Positions 50,773-64,000 of a DNA stretch of 64,000 nucleotides are shown here, piece by piece; position 1 is the first letter of the stretch; each line of letters starts with the position of its first letter. This DNA is from Saccostrea echinata (lineage: Eukaryota). The notes under the pieces were generated by a model that was not told the origin of the DNA, made no database searches, and was given only the letters and a program-made list of their open reading frames with translations. The position numbers and the translations under genes are program-made. The stretch is from assembly GCF_033153115.1 (NCBI RefSeq), contig NW_026889751.1, positions 26,164,001 through 26,228,000 of the forward strand, written 5' to 3'.

Positions 50773-53521
50773 ACCAAACGTAGTCTTAAAGCCAAGCAAG
50801 TAAATTTGTGAAAAACGTGTCCAAATGCTGGCAATTAATATTGTCAACATGAAATACTTGCAGGAGGACAAAAAGAAACAAAAATTGGAATACGCTTTTA
50901 ATAATGCATTCGTAGAGCCAATCTGAAGCCGATAGTCATAGAGAATAATTAGCATACATTCTATTGGTTAGCGTCATAATTTGATTTACTTCCCTTCTGA
51001 AAAAAGGGATAGTGTTCTGCTAGTAACTTCATCAATACTATTCATTCTGGTAAACTGATTCCAATACTTCTCCCTAGCCAGTACCATCATAAGAAAAGAT
51101 AAAGAAGCCATTAAAAATAAATACGTCATCTGTTTATTCTTTCTTATAAAAAAGCATAAATATATTGGCTGTTGCCAGTCCACCCGCATATCCCATAACG
51201 CCCCGCTTTAACCACTTCCATGATCCACGAAAAGTCCGTCTTGTCATTTCGGCAATCTGAAATAAAACGGATGTCACATTTCAATTGCTTTCATGATGAG
51301 GAAGTTATTAAAAATATTGCATAAAAAAGCATTGGTATTGAATTATTATCAATAATTTCAAAAAGTACTGCAAATATTCCACTGGCGATCAATTGTAATA
51401 GAAATTCTATAGGTCCAAAAATATAACAGCATTAATATCTATATGCAAAAATCTCACAGCCTCCGCTGGATGAAATAATCAGTGTTCTAAGCTTTTACCT
51501 TACAATACAACATGCACATATATATATCTGAGAATGTTAGTAGATACGGAAGTCATATTACTAACACTGACCAAGAGCAGCAAAGAAAACTCAGCAAAAT
51601 GTTAATCTAATTTATAACAATATTTTTAATTTTCTCGCCATTTTCGACAATTATTTATCATTATAATAATAAGTTTTTTTTCAACAGCCTGGACCACGAT
51701 TTATGGTATACTTATAAACTCTAAGCATTCTGCTCATTCTGCTATGAATTATTGTAAAGGTCATGCATTATTTGAAATGAATGACTGAACTAGCATTGTC
51801 AGTTAACAGAAGAAAAAAAATCAGTTCAAAGAAATGACATTTTAAACAACATTCAGTAGGAGAAAAAAAATCAAACTCTTGGGGACATGCATATGTAGAT
51901 TCAGATATAAAAATCTAGATAACGTTAAACTTGTGTGGGAAGATGTTATTGATTTTATCATGAAAATTTTAGTCAAGGGATTCCCATTCATGATATACAA
52001 TACAAAAATACCACGACACTAAATAAGAAGGGAGTATGGAACAAAGATTCATGACATTTTCCCGATGAAAATAAAGCAGCTATTTTTTTTATACAAAATT
52101 AAGGCAAACTACATCACATGCAAAATCACCAAAACTTTACCGAAATTTTCCAACGGCGTCGATTGTCACAATGCAGAAAAAGAACAAAATAAACAATATC
52201 AGAGTATTTATAGACGAAGCTATTTTACAAAGAAAAGTACACCACTGAAATAGCTTGTTTGCATACTTAGAGCATTAACGATTTTTTTTACCAGAACCCA
52301 GCTGCCTCTCAGCAACCCCAGCTCACAGAAGGTTCGTGATCAAAACATTATCTTATACTATCGCAATACACCATAACAGCGCACAATAATAATAATAAAA
52401 TTGCAATAAATAAATCAGATATTATAGCCGATATTTCGGTTTGACAACCATGTATTTTTTCATAAATCTTTCTTGTTTTCTCTTTGTCATAACTTGCAAC
52501 TGTTGAAGGCGAGTCACAAGGTTTATCCTATGCGACTAGCAGAGGGTCTTCGTTAACTTTGCCAAATAAACTAGTGCAACAGGATCCTTAATTTGCTAGA
52601 CATACGAACTCATTAATGCGATAGTCTTCTTCTCAGGATGGGGCAACTGTACTTACTCTACACATTAACTGACTTGGATATTTTAGGGGTGACCTTGGAA
52701 CGTGAGTACCTTGTAGACCCATCTTGTACACCAATAACAAAACACTGAGTTTTATAACCTCAAATGAACCCGCGCTTCAATATTAAGCCTTGCCAAGGTT
52801 ATGGAGATTTTCTGAATACATCATGATATGTATCTGTCGAACAACAAGCCATGCAAAGAATACCCTGTCGGTTTAGAAAAAGTAAGATCCTCTGCCGTGA
52901 GTAAAGAAGCGCCATGAGCAATCACGAACGCTTTCCCTACAGACGATACAATCTTTCTGAGTCCTTTGTAAACATGCATCTATAAAAAGAATTAATAGAT
53001 GCTTGTTAAATTTCCGCTGCATCATACAATATTGTTTATATAATTATATCAACACCACCGATAAAATCGCTTGTATTGGATAACTGTACTTCCTGAACAG
53101 TTACACGTACGGTAATAGGCTTCCAAAGGATGTAAAGGGAAAATACATTGCAAGTATTCACTATATCAAGGGTTGTACGTGGTGCTGAAGTATGTTTACA
53201 CTTTCCACTGATGCTAATAAAAACACCTCTCTGTCAATGGTAAGCAACTTCTTCAAAAGGCTTGAATGCAAAACTTTGGCAACAATAAAAAATACTGACA
53301 TAAATATATACATTGAACACAGTGCGGGAAATACTTAACAGAACTGCGTACATTTCAGATATTGGATAATTATATACATATAGCGATATGGGATTAATAA
53401 ATACATTTTACACCATATTTAAGAGGTTCTGAATAGTTTTGGTACTGACTTGGACCTCTGATAACAAGTATATAAGTACATCTTAACTCAAACATGACCA
53501 TTGTCATTTCATTCCTTAAAT

Positions 53522-54163
53522 TCAGCGAAATTTTCTTTGATTGGTTTGCATCGCAGACGTCAAACATGAGAGTCTACGCAACACTTTCAAGAGATGTACC
53601 TTTTTACGTCGCTTTGTTTTTCTCGACTTCTTTCCACTGAAATCTTTTGCATTGTGGAACATTGACTTTGGCTCTGATTGCGCAAGCTGGAAGTCTTCTT
53701 CTTCGGAAGACTCGTTCTCGTCATCAAGTCTCGAATACCTCCTCTGCGTGTAACTATGTACAACGTCCTTGACATCGCGTGGAACCAAATGAATGCCTTC
53801 ATTCACATCGTCTTTTGGTCCTCGTAGCACTTTATTCTTATAATGACTACGCCCTACAGATACATCAAGTTTTACATCAGTATCACCATCATAGTTTTTC
53901 TGATTTGATTCTTTCCTCTCAGAGGATGATTTTTGTTTCTCTGGGAAGTTGTGTACTTCCACATGGTCAATAATTGCGCATGTGTCTGTGTGTGGCGTAT
54001 TGCACTCTACTGTCCATTGTTCGTCACACTCGCTCTCGTCAGAGGAATTTTCAATACAAGATTCTTTACCATTTTCATCAAACTGTTCATAATTTCTTCT
54101 GCGTAGAAAATTTAATATTGTAAAGTTTATGGCAGATGAGTAATCTCGAATTCGTTGCCACAT
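53522..54163 (-). CDS. Uncharacterised 213-aa charged, low-complexity protein
   Basis: Uninterrupted ATG-TGA ORF with a good start context (AAAATGT), higher GC than its flanks, acidic Ser/Glu/Asp patches and a basic C-terminus; no recognised domain. Confidence 0.55.
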   Translation of the reverse strand: MWQRIRDYSSAINFTILNFLRRRNYEQFDENGKESCIENSSDESECDEQWTVECNTPHTDTCAIIDHVEVHNFPEKQKSSSERKESNQKNYDGDTDVKLDVSVGRSHYKNKVLRGPKDDVNEGIHLVPRDVKDVVHSYTQRRYSRLDDENESSEEEDFQLAQSEPKSMFHNAKDFSGKKSRKTKRRKKVHLLKVLRRLSCLTSAMQTNQRKFR

Positions 54164-57100
54164 TTTACAGAATATTATATATCCGTCATTATGTAGGACG
54201 ATCGTCTGCTAGCCACCATATAAACTTTCCACAAACTTTGAACCACAAAGTGTATCACCCGACGTTTAAATAAACAAGTACATTGTCGGCTGTCCAAGAT
54301 AATTAGTGTATATTCCTACCTATTCAGTTGAACAAACACAGTAATAACACAGTAGCTCCATTTTGATTTAGAAATATCCTTTTTTAAAAAGAATCAGTAT
54401 CTCCTTGTTGAAAAACAATCTATTCGCGCACTATCTGCTGACTGACGGCTACGTGCTTGCACATTATTGTTTGTCAACAATCCACAACGGTACGCACTTA
54501 AATCGATTTCGAACCCTAGGTCACTTATCTACATCTTTTCAATTAACTGACATGGACACATCTCCGACAAGAGACAAAATTCTACTTTCTATCCATTACT
54601 TTTGCTGTGTGGTGCCAGCTCGCAGAGGCTGTTTCCAGTGCTGCACTCCTACATCTAAAACTGTATTATCTTGAATACATGCCAAAACCCATCGGATCCG
54701 ACTGAGCTATTTCGAGTGATTCGCTGAATGAATAGCTCGGAATTTAAGTAAGAGTACTCAATAATGACCGTGCATATGACACCTCCCCGTGGATTAAACA
54801 TATTATGTAATCCTAATTATTATACTACTGTAAGAAGTGTTGCTGATAAGATGAATTAATTAAACTGAGCTTTACTACAGGATTTGGCAGATTCAACAAT
54901 TAAAAGAACCCAATCCACCGTAAAATTAGTAGACTCTCATTCGTCAAACATGAATAAATATTCAAAACATGTCACACAATATAACATCGACTTATAATTA
55001 TTGTTTTCGAAAGTAAAACTAACAAATAAAGTGTCAGTGCGACTCAGTGAGAGGTCTCGGGAACATCTGCGGCTCAATTTCATTGTAAATTCACTCCATC
55101 TCCTACAGTTTCGGCTGTACTTTTAAAAGAAATCTGAACTTGGACATTTTTTTGTCAATTTCCTGAAAAGTTTGAAACAATCAAAACATATGCATGTACG
55201 AAATAATTTGTTGACCTTTAATTTTTGTCTTTCATAATCAAAATCTTTTATTTCTTTGGACACATAATCTGCACTTTCGCACGTTGCTGACAAACACAAC
55301 CAGATGACATAAAGTTTTTGAAATTTACTGCCTATCTTATGTTTGTTCGGTCTGACGTACATCACTGATTACTGAAAGACCCAACTATTGATGCATGGAG
55401 AAAAACTGGAGTTGATTTGAAATAGCATAAACAGTGACCATCATGCATAGACTTTAAATGTCATAATATATATGCTATGTTAATATTGGAGTTTAGGCCT
55501 AGAATTTATGTCAATTTTACATTTCTGGGTTTTTTGTTTTTTTTTTAAATTTGATTTCAGCTACATGATGACTACAATACAAGACTTCGTGATATATCCT
55601 GTTTTTTTTTTTTTCCATTACGCTCAGGAAAAGGAAAAAGGAATTTAATTGAAGGGGAGGGAGGCAAATTACTTTTTTTCTTTTTCCCACCATACTTACT
55701 CCTGAGAAATATCCATATCATAACTAAGTATTGTAACCATTGTAACTACAAATTGTACTGCGGCCATAACAACAAAGGATTTTAAAATATATTGGGAAAT
55801 CCTTCTTCTTTCCGTTATTATAAAAATTGCCCACTTTAAATAAAAATATAAAGTAAAAAACTTCTTTCATTTGAATCAGATAAAAATGCAAACTAAAGCA
55901 CTACAAGAAAATTAACTATTAAGGGATACCTCATCTTCCAGCAATAGCTGCTACTCCATTTTAATTAACAGGACATATTTTAGGCAATACACATGTACCA
56001 TTCTTAAATATTCCACAAGATATTGTATTCTTAGTAACTGATGCAACATTTTTCATCCGAGTTCACATTGATTTTCAGAATCTCACTTATAAAGCATTGT
56101 GCACACTACATTCTCCAATTTTTCTTGTATTCATTGTTTAAATCTTTCCATAAACAGCTGAGCCTTTTATCTGGAGACTCCTATTGAATTAATGATGCAT
56201 CTGGATTCCAGAAACATACTTTTTATAATTGGTACTACATGTAAAATAAAACTGTAAATTTCATTGCACACACAAATTGTTTGGGAGGTGAACTGTGCAG
56301 GTTACCCAGGTTTGGCTGTAGCAAATACATACAAATGACAAAGGAAATGTTACTTGATTGTCATCAAAATATTTCAATTAAGAGCAACCTCTCTGTAAAC
56401 AAGAGTAAATCTGATATCCAACAGCATATCTGAGTCTGGAAAAATAGCTTCTATAAATACCTATCAACTGTTATTTTAATGTATAACTCAAAAATTGTAC
56501 TGAAAAATCAAAGACCACAAAATTCTTCAAAGATTTATTGTGACTTCTTCACAACAGATGTTTACAGCAACATATATATTTAAAATAATAACTAGTCTTG
56601 TTAAGACTTTCCTGCCCTTGGCATCACATAGGCCCTTTCAAACACATTGTAGATCATATAAACCAAACCCAATACACTGACAAAGATGGTGTACTGTTTA
56701 CCATAGGGGCTTCTGTTATGAGTGTAATCAGTTGCTGGTTGCTAAAAAATAAACAAATTCAATTAAATCAAACCTTAAAAAAAAAGTTTATCAAGATATA
56801 CAAGTGCATGTACTAAATGGCACCATTGGCTGGTTCATGAATATTGGCATGATATGATTTATGAAAATAAAATGCAGAGAATTATGCACTAATAAAGCAC
56901 TAATTCATAATTGTGCTAAGAGTCCCTGGTCTATCTATATCAACATCTAAATAAGCTAAAATCAGAGGCAGCCTTTTTAACCTTATATAACTGGTACCGA
57001 TACATGGCACCATTCCCAATGACAGAAAAAAAAGTTAATTTTTCTCAATTTTGAGATTGAAATTTCCTAATTCAACTGCCGAGGAACAGAATTCTTCTCA

Positions 57101-58042
57101 TATGTCGTATGAGTTGACTAAATTTTTCACTTCCTCTTAAATCAAAAGAAGAAATCAGTCGTTATATAGTGGGACGAATGTTGTAGACAGCCTAGTGTCG
57201 TACATCTTGACCACTTAAAAGCATGAAAATAAGGGACATTAATATGTAAAAGAATGAATACTTTTTTTTTAATGTGGATTAAAAAGTAATGAGGTTAGAA
57301 TAAATGCAAAATAAATCTCATTTGTTTATGCTAGATTTCTTGATTGATTCAGTACTGACCCATTCCCAATGGTTAGAAAAATATTGCTTAGAGGATGTAC
57401 TTAAAGATTTTTATCATAATATTGGCTGAAGAAAGATAAATAAAACTTAGGTTGGATGGAACATGAAACTTGTGATGGACAGCACCAATGATAAATAATA
57501 GATATGAACAATCACCACACTGAAAATACAACAAAACTATTGATTGTGCAACTTAAATTCCTACCAAGTAGTATTTCATCCTTTTGACTACAAGGTTCTC
57601 ATAGCTGAATGGGCTGCCTGGTTTACTTTTAGGGACCAGGAATCTAGGCTCCATATCCTGAACATCCCTCCTGATGGCAGAGGTGGCGAAACCTCGCCGC
57701 AGTACACGCATTCCCTGAAAAGTACCAATGAAGCTGCTAATAAAAGGACATCTACCAGAAAAATAATATTTTGAAGTTCTTGCCATGAATGTATTTCTAT
57801 TGAGTAGTAATAATCAGGTTGGAACCAATTACCCAATGGGATATAATATCCCAAATTTTGATATAAATTGACAATGCAACAAAAAAATATTTTGGATCTA
57901 AATATCCTAAATCTGCATAATTGTACATTGAATGAATAACCTTTGGCAAGCAGGTTTTCCTGTAACTCAACTGACAAAAGTTTATGAGATTGAAGTTTGG
58001 GATCTTCTGAGGGACCAATCTCCTAAACAGTGGGGACTGGGG

Positions 58043-58154
58043 TAATCTCGGTTTAGATTCAGCTCGGCTAGATATTTGGTCTGATGCCTCCACTGAATCT
58101 CAGTGGAGGTGTCAGACCAAATATCTAGCCAAGCTGAGTCTCCGCTAAGATTTA
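58043..58154. repeat. ~110-bp fold-back element
   Basis: AGATTCAGCTCGGCTAGATATTTGGTCTGATGCCTCCACTGA-ATC-TCAGTGGAGGTGTCAGACCAAATATCTAGCCAAGCTGAGTCT; flanked by near-identical GGGACTGGG/GGGACTAGG. Confidence 0.75.
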
Positions 58155-58218
58155 GGGACTAGGAATAAAGAAGAACATGTTAACCTCTTAATTAAGTTGT
58201 TGCTTTCAAAGTACATTG

Positions 58219-58647
58219 TAGATAGAACATTCTATCGTTTAAATGATATTGTCCTACGGACCCGGTTTAACGATAGAATTCGTTCTGTGTATTTGCAATG
58301 TTGCAAAATAAACACGGGCGATAACTCGAACTCTGTGCATTTTCTATGAACAATCCAGAGAGTTCCGAATGTCAACATGACGTTAAATATGAAGCGAGGA
58401 AAAAATGTTGAGAAAATGAGTTGAATTTTCATATTTATATGGATTATTTTTTAGGTTAAATGGCATATACAATCTCAAAAAGGTTTGTTATGATTAATTT
58501 GGTAGTTATTTTCAGTGCAACTCCTTTTGTATTCTTCAAAATCATTTTGGAGTGGATCCACTCCGATTTGCTACATTGCAAGTATATGGGACGTATTCTA
58601 ACTGTGGTGAGGGTTTGTCCCGAGACACAGTTAGATTATTCTAACTA
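58219..58647. mobile_element. 429-bp Academ-like non-autonomous element with a 9-bp TSD
   Basis: Termini TAGATAGAA / TTCTAACTA; AGTACATTG duplicated at 58210-58218 and 58648-58656. Confidence 0.82.
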
Positions 58648-59329
58648 AGTACATTGATGCGAATTTACACTATTTATAGCTGAAAGAAAATTCTTCATTT
58701 TTTACATTGTAAATTTATATCCCAGTTTGGTATATTTTATCCAAATGGGGCTATTATGCAATGGGTCCCAACCTGATAATAGGAAAGACTTCAAAAATCA
58801 CTTGAGGGTAGCATTTTAATGATCTTTTTAATATCAGGAAGACTCAAAAAGCAAACTAAATATGTTTTCTTCATGCGGATTTATTATGAAGTAGAACATA
58901 AAGTAAGTACTGAACAGTTAAGGAGTATGCAAATCGTATCTTTTCAAATGTAATTCGAGGAAATTCGGTCACAAAGCTCTAGCATACGAAAACTGTTTAA
59001 ATAGATTCAAGTATTTTCTTTAAATTGACCATCTGAAAGAACTACATTAACGCTTTGGAAATAATGATTTCACAAGACCAATTAGTTTACCTTCATTGTG
59101 TTCTATCTCCCAACTTCCAGACACACAAATTTTGTCAAGGTTGGAAGGGAAAGACAACTCTTGCAACTCTCGAAAAATCTCGCAAGGAAATCACGTAGCA
59201 AGTGCGCTTCCTGTGTGTGTGTTGTGACTTGTTTTCATGTTGCTATGCAGGGCTAATGGGAACGAAAAATATATGACAACAGTGCTGCAACGAGAGGAAA
59301 AGTGATTTATAAGATAATATATCAAGAAA

Positions 59330-62300
59330 ATGGCAAGTTATCTCAGGGACGAAGACCGCCAAGGTCTTCCATCAATACGAAAACACGGATTTTTAGATAC
59401 ACAACCTTCTCCAAGAAGAATAACGACAATAGAACATGACATCGTTCATACAATCGGACCAACATCACCGGTATCTAGAATACTGGCATCTGAATCCACT
59501 CTTCATCATGCTAGACCACAATCCCCAAATCGCCGACAGATGGCAGAGGTAAATTTTGTTATGATTTGTAATTATCATATAATTATAATTAAATTATATG
59601 ATATTAAAATAAATTAAATGGTATGTCACAGGATAGGACATTTTTGTTGACCAAGTTGACCCAGGTCATACAGCAAATGTGCTATGGAGATTCAGTGTAT
59701 GTTTGTTAATCGAACTGTCATATTTGATGACTACTATATACTAGAAAGTCTATATATGTATATACATAAATATACATGATGCTGAAAAATGATTGAGGAA
59801 AGTATTGTGTATGGAAAAGCCAATCAATGATCTAATCTAGGAAATGTTGCCAAGGTTAGATCATCTGAAGATCTTGATCTTCAATGGTCAGTGGCGAATG
59901 CTATTGAAACCTGCGTACAAGCTAAGGCAAAAGTTAAACAGTAAACTGAGTGGTTTAATGCAGGTTTGATTGCTAGTGGCCAGATAGCTCAGTTGTGCAC
60001 CTGTCTTGTGAATCACAGGGCCTGGTTTCCAATCCTGGTCTGGTTTGTCACAATTTTCTCCTTTCCTGCTTCACAACATTTAATTATGACCTAATGAGTA
60101 AACAAACAGACGGTACTCAAATGCATTCAAGTGGTCATTTAGAAGAATATCAATATGATCAAAGCAGGTCAAAGTTTGCATGTGTACTATAACAATAATA
60201 CATGTACTACAATGGTGTAGAATGTATAATATTAGTTTTATTGACTAGATAATCCCAAAATTCATGACTTAAATTCATCATTTTCTTGAAAATATCTTAT
60301 TTTTGTGGTAAGTGATTGGATTTAATTTTTTTCTTTTTAATACAGCTCTTGGTAAAAATGAGTTTTATCTCAAATTAACCAACTAGATCGTCACATTAGG
60401 ATTGGTGTGAACACTTAACATGGAAACAATATGCCACTGTATTAGCACACACTACAAAATATCACATTGCGTATTGATTCCTATCGGAAGCATTAAATTA
60501 TTATTTATTTACATGCCACTGAACTTTCTCATGATGCAGACAGAGTGTTGATTGGAATGATTGCACTGTTCCATTAAAAATTTATTTTATCTGATACTGA
60601 GTATTATATTGCCAAGTTTATGCATCAATAAATATAAAGTAAAAAGGGAAAAAAGGCTCATTTATTTTTAAATTCTGCATTTTAGATATTAGATTGTTTG
60701 AATAAAACTGTATGTATCAATCATTAGAATATAAACATTGAATTTCATGATTTGATTTGCAGATGCAAGAACAAATTAGGTTATTGAAAGAAGAAAATCA
60801 GAAAAAAGATGCTCTAGTTCAACAGTTGTCAAGGTAATGTATTCATTTATATTCCTAAGTTTTTGTCAAAAAAAAAGAAAGAAGAGAAAAAAAGTGCCAA
60901 GTATATAATTTTGAATAATTTGAGCGGTTATTAAATCAAGTACCTACAATGAACAAAGCATATGTTATTTTTTTTCCAGCATGGATGCAATACCCAAAGT
61001 TCAAATAAGATCTTCAGCTGACACACTAAGAGTGAGTTAAATAATTGTTTTCTATTGGTGCATTATTCTGTATAAAGTACATGTAGTAATTGAAACCTTT
61101 TGAATTGATATGTGATGTTACATGAACTGCAACATTTAAGGGTAGAGTGATCCACAGATATCAATATGCAAGCTGAAATCAATAAAAACTTTTAGATAAA
61201 ATATACTAGTACTACAGTAAAACTCGTTTAGTACGAACACGGATATAGCAAATTCACGGATCCCCAGCTACATAAATTTAAGGAATTTCTTATACAGATA
61301 TAACGAATTACTGATACAGCGAAGTAATTTCACAGGTCCCAGTGACTTTGTTATAACCGAGTTTTACTGTATATATAAATAGGAAGCATTACACATATAC
61401 AGTGAAACCTGTCTACTCCAACATGCATTTGGAGACAGATTTTATGTCGGAATAGTCAGCACAGTGTAAAGAACATAAAAAATAGGAAAATAGGAATGAA
61501 AATAAATGTCGGAATTCAAAGTGAAATGGATACCACAGGTGTCAGATAAGATAGTTTTCACTGTACATGTATAACTATTCAATTGTACTTTTTGAAATTA
61601 AAAAAAAACTCTGAGAATTTTGAAAAACTAGAATTTAGAATGGCCACTTGAATATGAGCATTTTACTGCATCAGATAAATATAGGAGAGTATATATAAAG
61701 TTCCTTCCAGACAATTTTGATCCTTTTTAAAATAGAATTCCCAAACTCTTGTAGCATGACACAATTTATCTCGGAGACCGACATGCTGTAGAAACTGCAA
61801 GGAGTGAATTAGCAGCCATTCAAGTCAAAAATGATAAACTTATCATACAGGTAATATTTTTTCCAGAATTGCCTTTCTTTAAGGGGTGGGGGATGAAGGA
61901 AGGATAATTTACTAAAGTATTAAAAGGAAGAAGAATTGCTGTTATCAATTCATATTTCATGCTACATTAAAACTGATTAATTAATTAATTGATGCAAGAA
62001 TTATTAATATGATTATGCATTCATCGCAGATACGAGATTATGAAGCTCAGTTAGAGGCAAAAGAAATCAAGATTAGAGAACTGAAGTCCTTATATGAAAC
62101 AAGCAAAGAAAATGAGGCGAAGCTTACAAAAATGTTAGAGTCACATAGGCAGCAGATCATAGAACTTGAGGGTAAAGCCGGGTCTTACGAGACCGCTGTA
62201 GGACGGAGCGAGTTCACAGTGGTCGAACTACAGCGCCAAATCCGAGAGGGAAATGACAAAATTCTCGATTTGGAATCAAGAATCAGGTACTTTCAGGAGT

Positions 62301-63897
62301 TGTCTTTCTTTAGACAGATTTCTGATATGAATTTAAAAGGGGCCTTTTATTTTCAGACATTTTGCCACAAAATATTTATGGAATATTGAATAATGATATT
62401 GATTTTCAAATCTGAGTAAAACATTTATATTTAATTTGAAATCTATTAATTTGAAAAAAAAATGTTTCAGGAAACACCTTGAGGAGAGGGAGAGGATTGA
62501 GATGGAAATCCAGACAATAGAGAAAAAGTACACAGAGCTCATCACTCAGCTGACAAGTATCCTCGCTGTAGATGACATGTCTAGCTCTACATTCACTGTG
62601 GAGGAAATTGTCAGAAAGGCAAGTTTGATGAAGCTAGCATTGAAGACACTCGCCTGTTTCCTCTGTATTTATTAATAACAAAGGATATCAGCTCGTGGAC
62701 CATTTAGAATAGATAGATGTTCTTTAATCCTAATTTTTCTGTTAAATGTAGATCAGAACTTAATTTTTTATAAATTAAAAGTCAAAGTTTAAAAAATACT
62801 GTATATGCTCAATTCAAAGTCAGTCTTCCCCTCCTTTGGAAAAAACAATCATCCACTTATTGAGTTAGAAAACAGAGTTATTCCCCTTATCCACAAATAT
62901 TGTATCTTAAAAATGTAATTATTTTCATAAATCAAAACCATTAACGTATCATTTTGTAGATGACTGATCTGGTGCAAGAAAATGCTTTGCTAAAGGGTAA
63001 AATTGTGACATTGAATGAAACATTAAACAGCACACAGTTAGAGAGCAAAGCTAGCAGGGAAACTATCATGAGACTAGTGTCAGAGGTTGGCAAGGAGCAA
63101 AAGGTTGCCACAAGGTTCACATCAGAGATAGACAATCTCAGACTGGTGAGATTTGAGCTCAATTTCTTTGACAATGTTTCTAATTGCTGTATCAAAGCTC
63201 TCAGATATAATGAGGAAAACAATTTGATAGAATGTTTACCTTGATTTATTTTTGATGAAAGGAACGAGATACAGCACTAACAGAGAAGAGGAATATGGAG
63301 CGTGAAATGGCGATGATGTCGGAGAGACTCGATGCCAACCAGAGAGCTCTAGAGGCAGCGAGGGCAGAACTCGAGTTGAAACATTCCAGACTCAGCACTC
63401 TGGATCGTGAATACAGAATTAATGCAGAGGATGTCAGAAAGATTCAAACCGAGGCTCATCTCTTCCGGGAGCAAGTTGCTTCTGTCTTGTCTTCTGTTGA
63501 TGATAGATGTGACATTTCAAGTGACTTCATTTTGAACCGAATCAAGACTGTTCTCCAGGACAACCGAGATCTGGTTGTGGTAAGTTGGCCAAAGATTTTC
63601 ATAGGAAATAAGCTAAATTTTGCTTACATAACATTTACTTGCATCTCTTAATTTTGATTAAATCATATGTTGAAAGTTTTTTTTTTAATACTGTAGAAAG
63701 TGGAATCACTTGAGGAGAGGATCAAAACTCTAACAGAACAGCTGGAGACTCAATATGAGTTACATAAGACGGCGGCTCACAGGGCTCGTAAGGCTGAGAA
63801 TGATCTTCTGAGTTTGGAGGAAAGACTACGCAGTGCAGAGGGAGAATTGGCAGCAGGAGATGTTCTGAGGGACGAGTTCAAGTCAGACAAAGGAAAG
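59330..63897 (+). CDS. CCDC170: Coiled-coil domain-containing protein 170, 5' portion (continues beyond the window)
   Basis: Exons 59330-59548, 60763-60833, 60980-61031, 61755-61850, 62030-62286, 62471-62618, 62960-63145, 63262-63579, 63697-63897 with consistent phases; ETARSELAAIQVK, ESKASRETIMRLVSEVGKEQK and AEGELAAGDVLRD match CCDC170 as I recall it. Confidence 0.88.
59976..60075 (+). mobile_element. Decayed tRNA-derived SINE
   Basis: GTGGCCAGATAGCTCAGTTG (A box) ... GGTTTCCAATCCTGGTCTGG (degenerate B box) followed by a pyrimidine-rich tail. Confidence 0.55.
61215..61369. mobile_element. pogo/Tigger-like MITE
   Basis: TA|CAGTAAAACTCGTTTAGTAC ... GTTATAACCGAGTTTTACTG|TA. Confidence 0.78.
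61400..61563. mobile_element. Second pogo/Tigger-like MITE
   Basis: TA|CAGTGAAACCTGTCT ... AGATAGTTTTCACTG|TA. Confidence 0.7.
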
Positions 63898-64000
63898 GTA
63901 AGGATGGAAAGATTTTTTAACCTCATTTTTAGCAGTAACTTTTCCTTTGAATGTGCTGTTTGTTATCCCTCTTTTCACACATATAAAATTTTGCTTTAAT

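Noticed and set aside
57544-58093. Cluster of short overlapping ORFs upstream of CCDC170
   Set aside because: No consistent splice structure or homology that I can recognise; partly overlaps the hairpin repeat.
59976-60075. Functional tRNA gene
   Set aside because: The D-loop is partly deleted and the T-loop mutated, and there is a non-tRNA tail; better explained as a decayed SINE.

Overview
This is AT-rich, intron-rich animal genomic DNA. The repeat types (HINE/Helentron elements with ~120-170 bp satellite arrays, a Naiad-type Penelope-like retroelement, Academ-type elements) point to a bivalve, probably an oyster (inference). Genes in order: the 3' part of BIRC6/BRUCE (+, ~33 exons, ending in the UBC domain); an SRSF3/7-like RRM gene with an intronless CDS (+); a ZDHHC22-like palmitoyltransferase (-) whose single coding exon is split by a young 1,556-bp CACTG DNA transposon; CHAC2 (+); NAA80 (-) head-to-head with ARMT1 (+); an orphan 213-aa ORF (-); and the 5' part of CCDC170 (+). 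The most notable signals are: (1) the CACTG insertion, whose TIRs carry GT/AG splice dinucleotides; (2) three nested Helentron-type elements, one carrying a tRNA-Asp-like segment, in a BIRC6 intron; (3) several very small fold-back elements, including a perfect spacerless 88-bp palindrome with an 8-bp TSD; (4) a three-layer transposon nest in ARMT1 intron 1; (5) ARMT1-CCDC170 linkage matching human 6q25.1. I found no clearly novel multi-gene system. Exon boundaries were read by eye and some BIRC6 boundaries are approximate.
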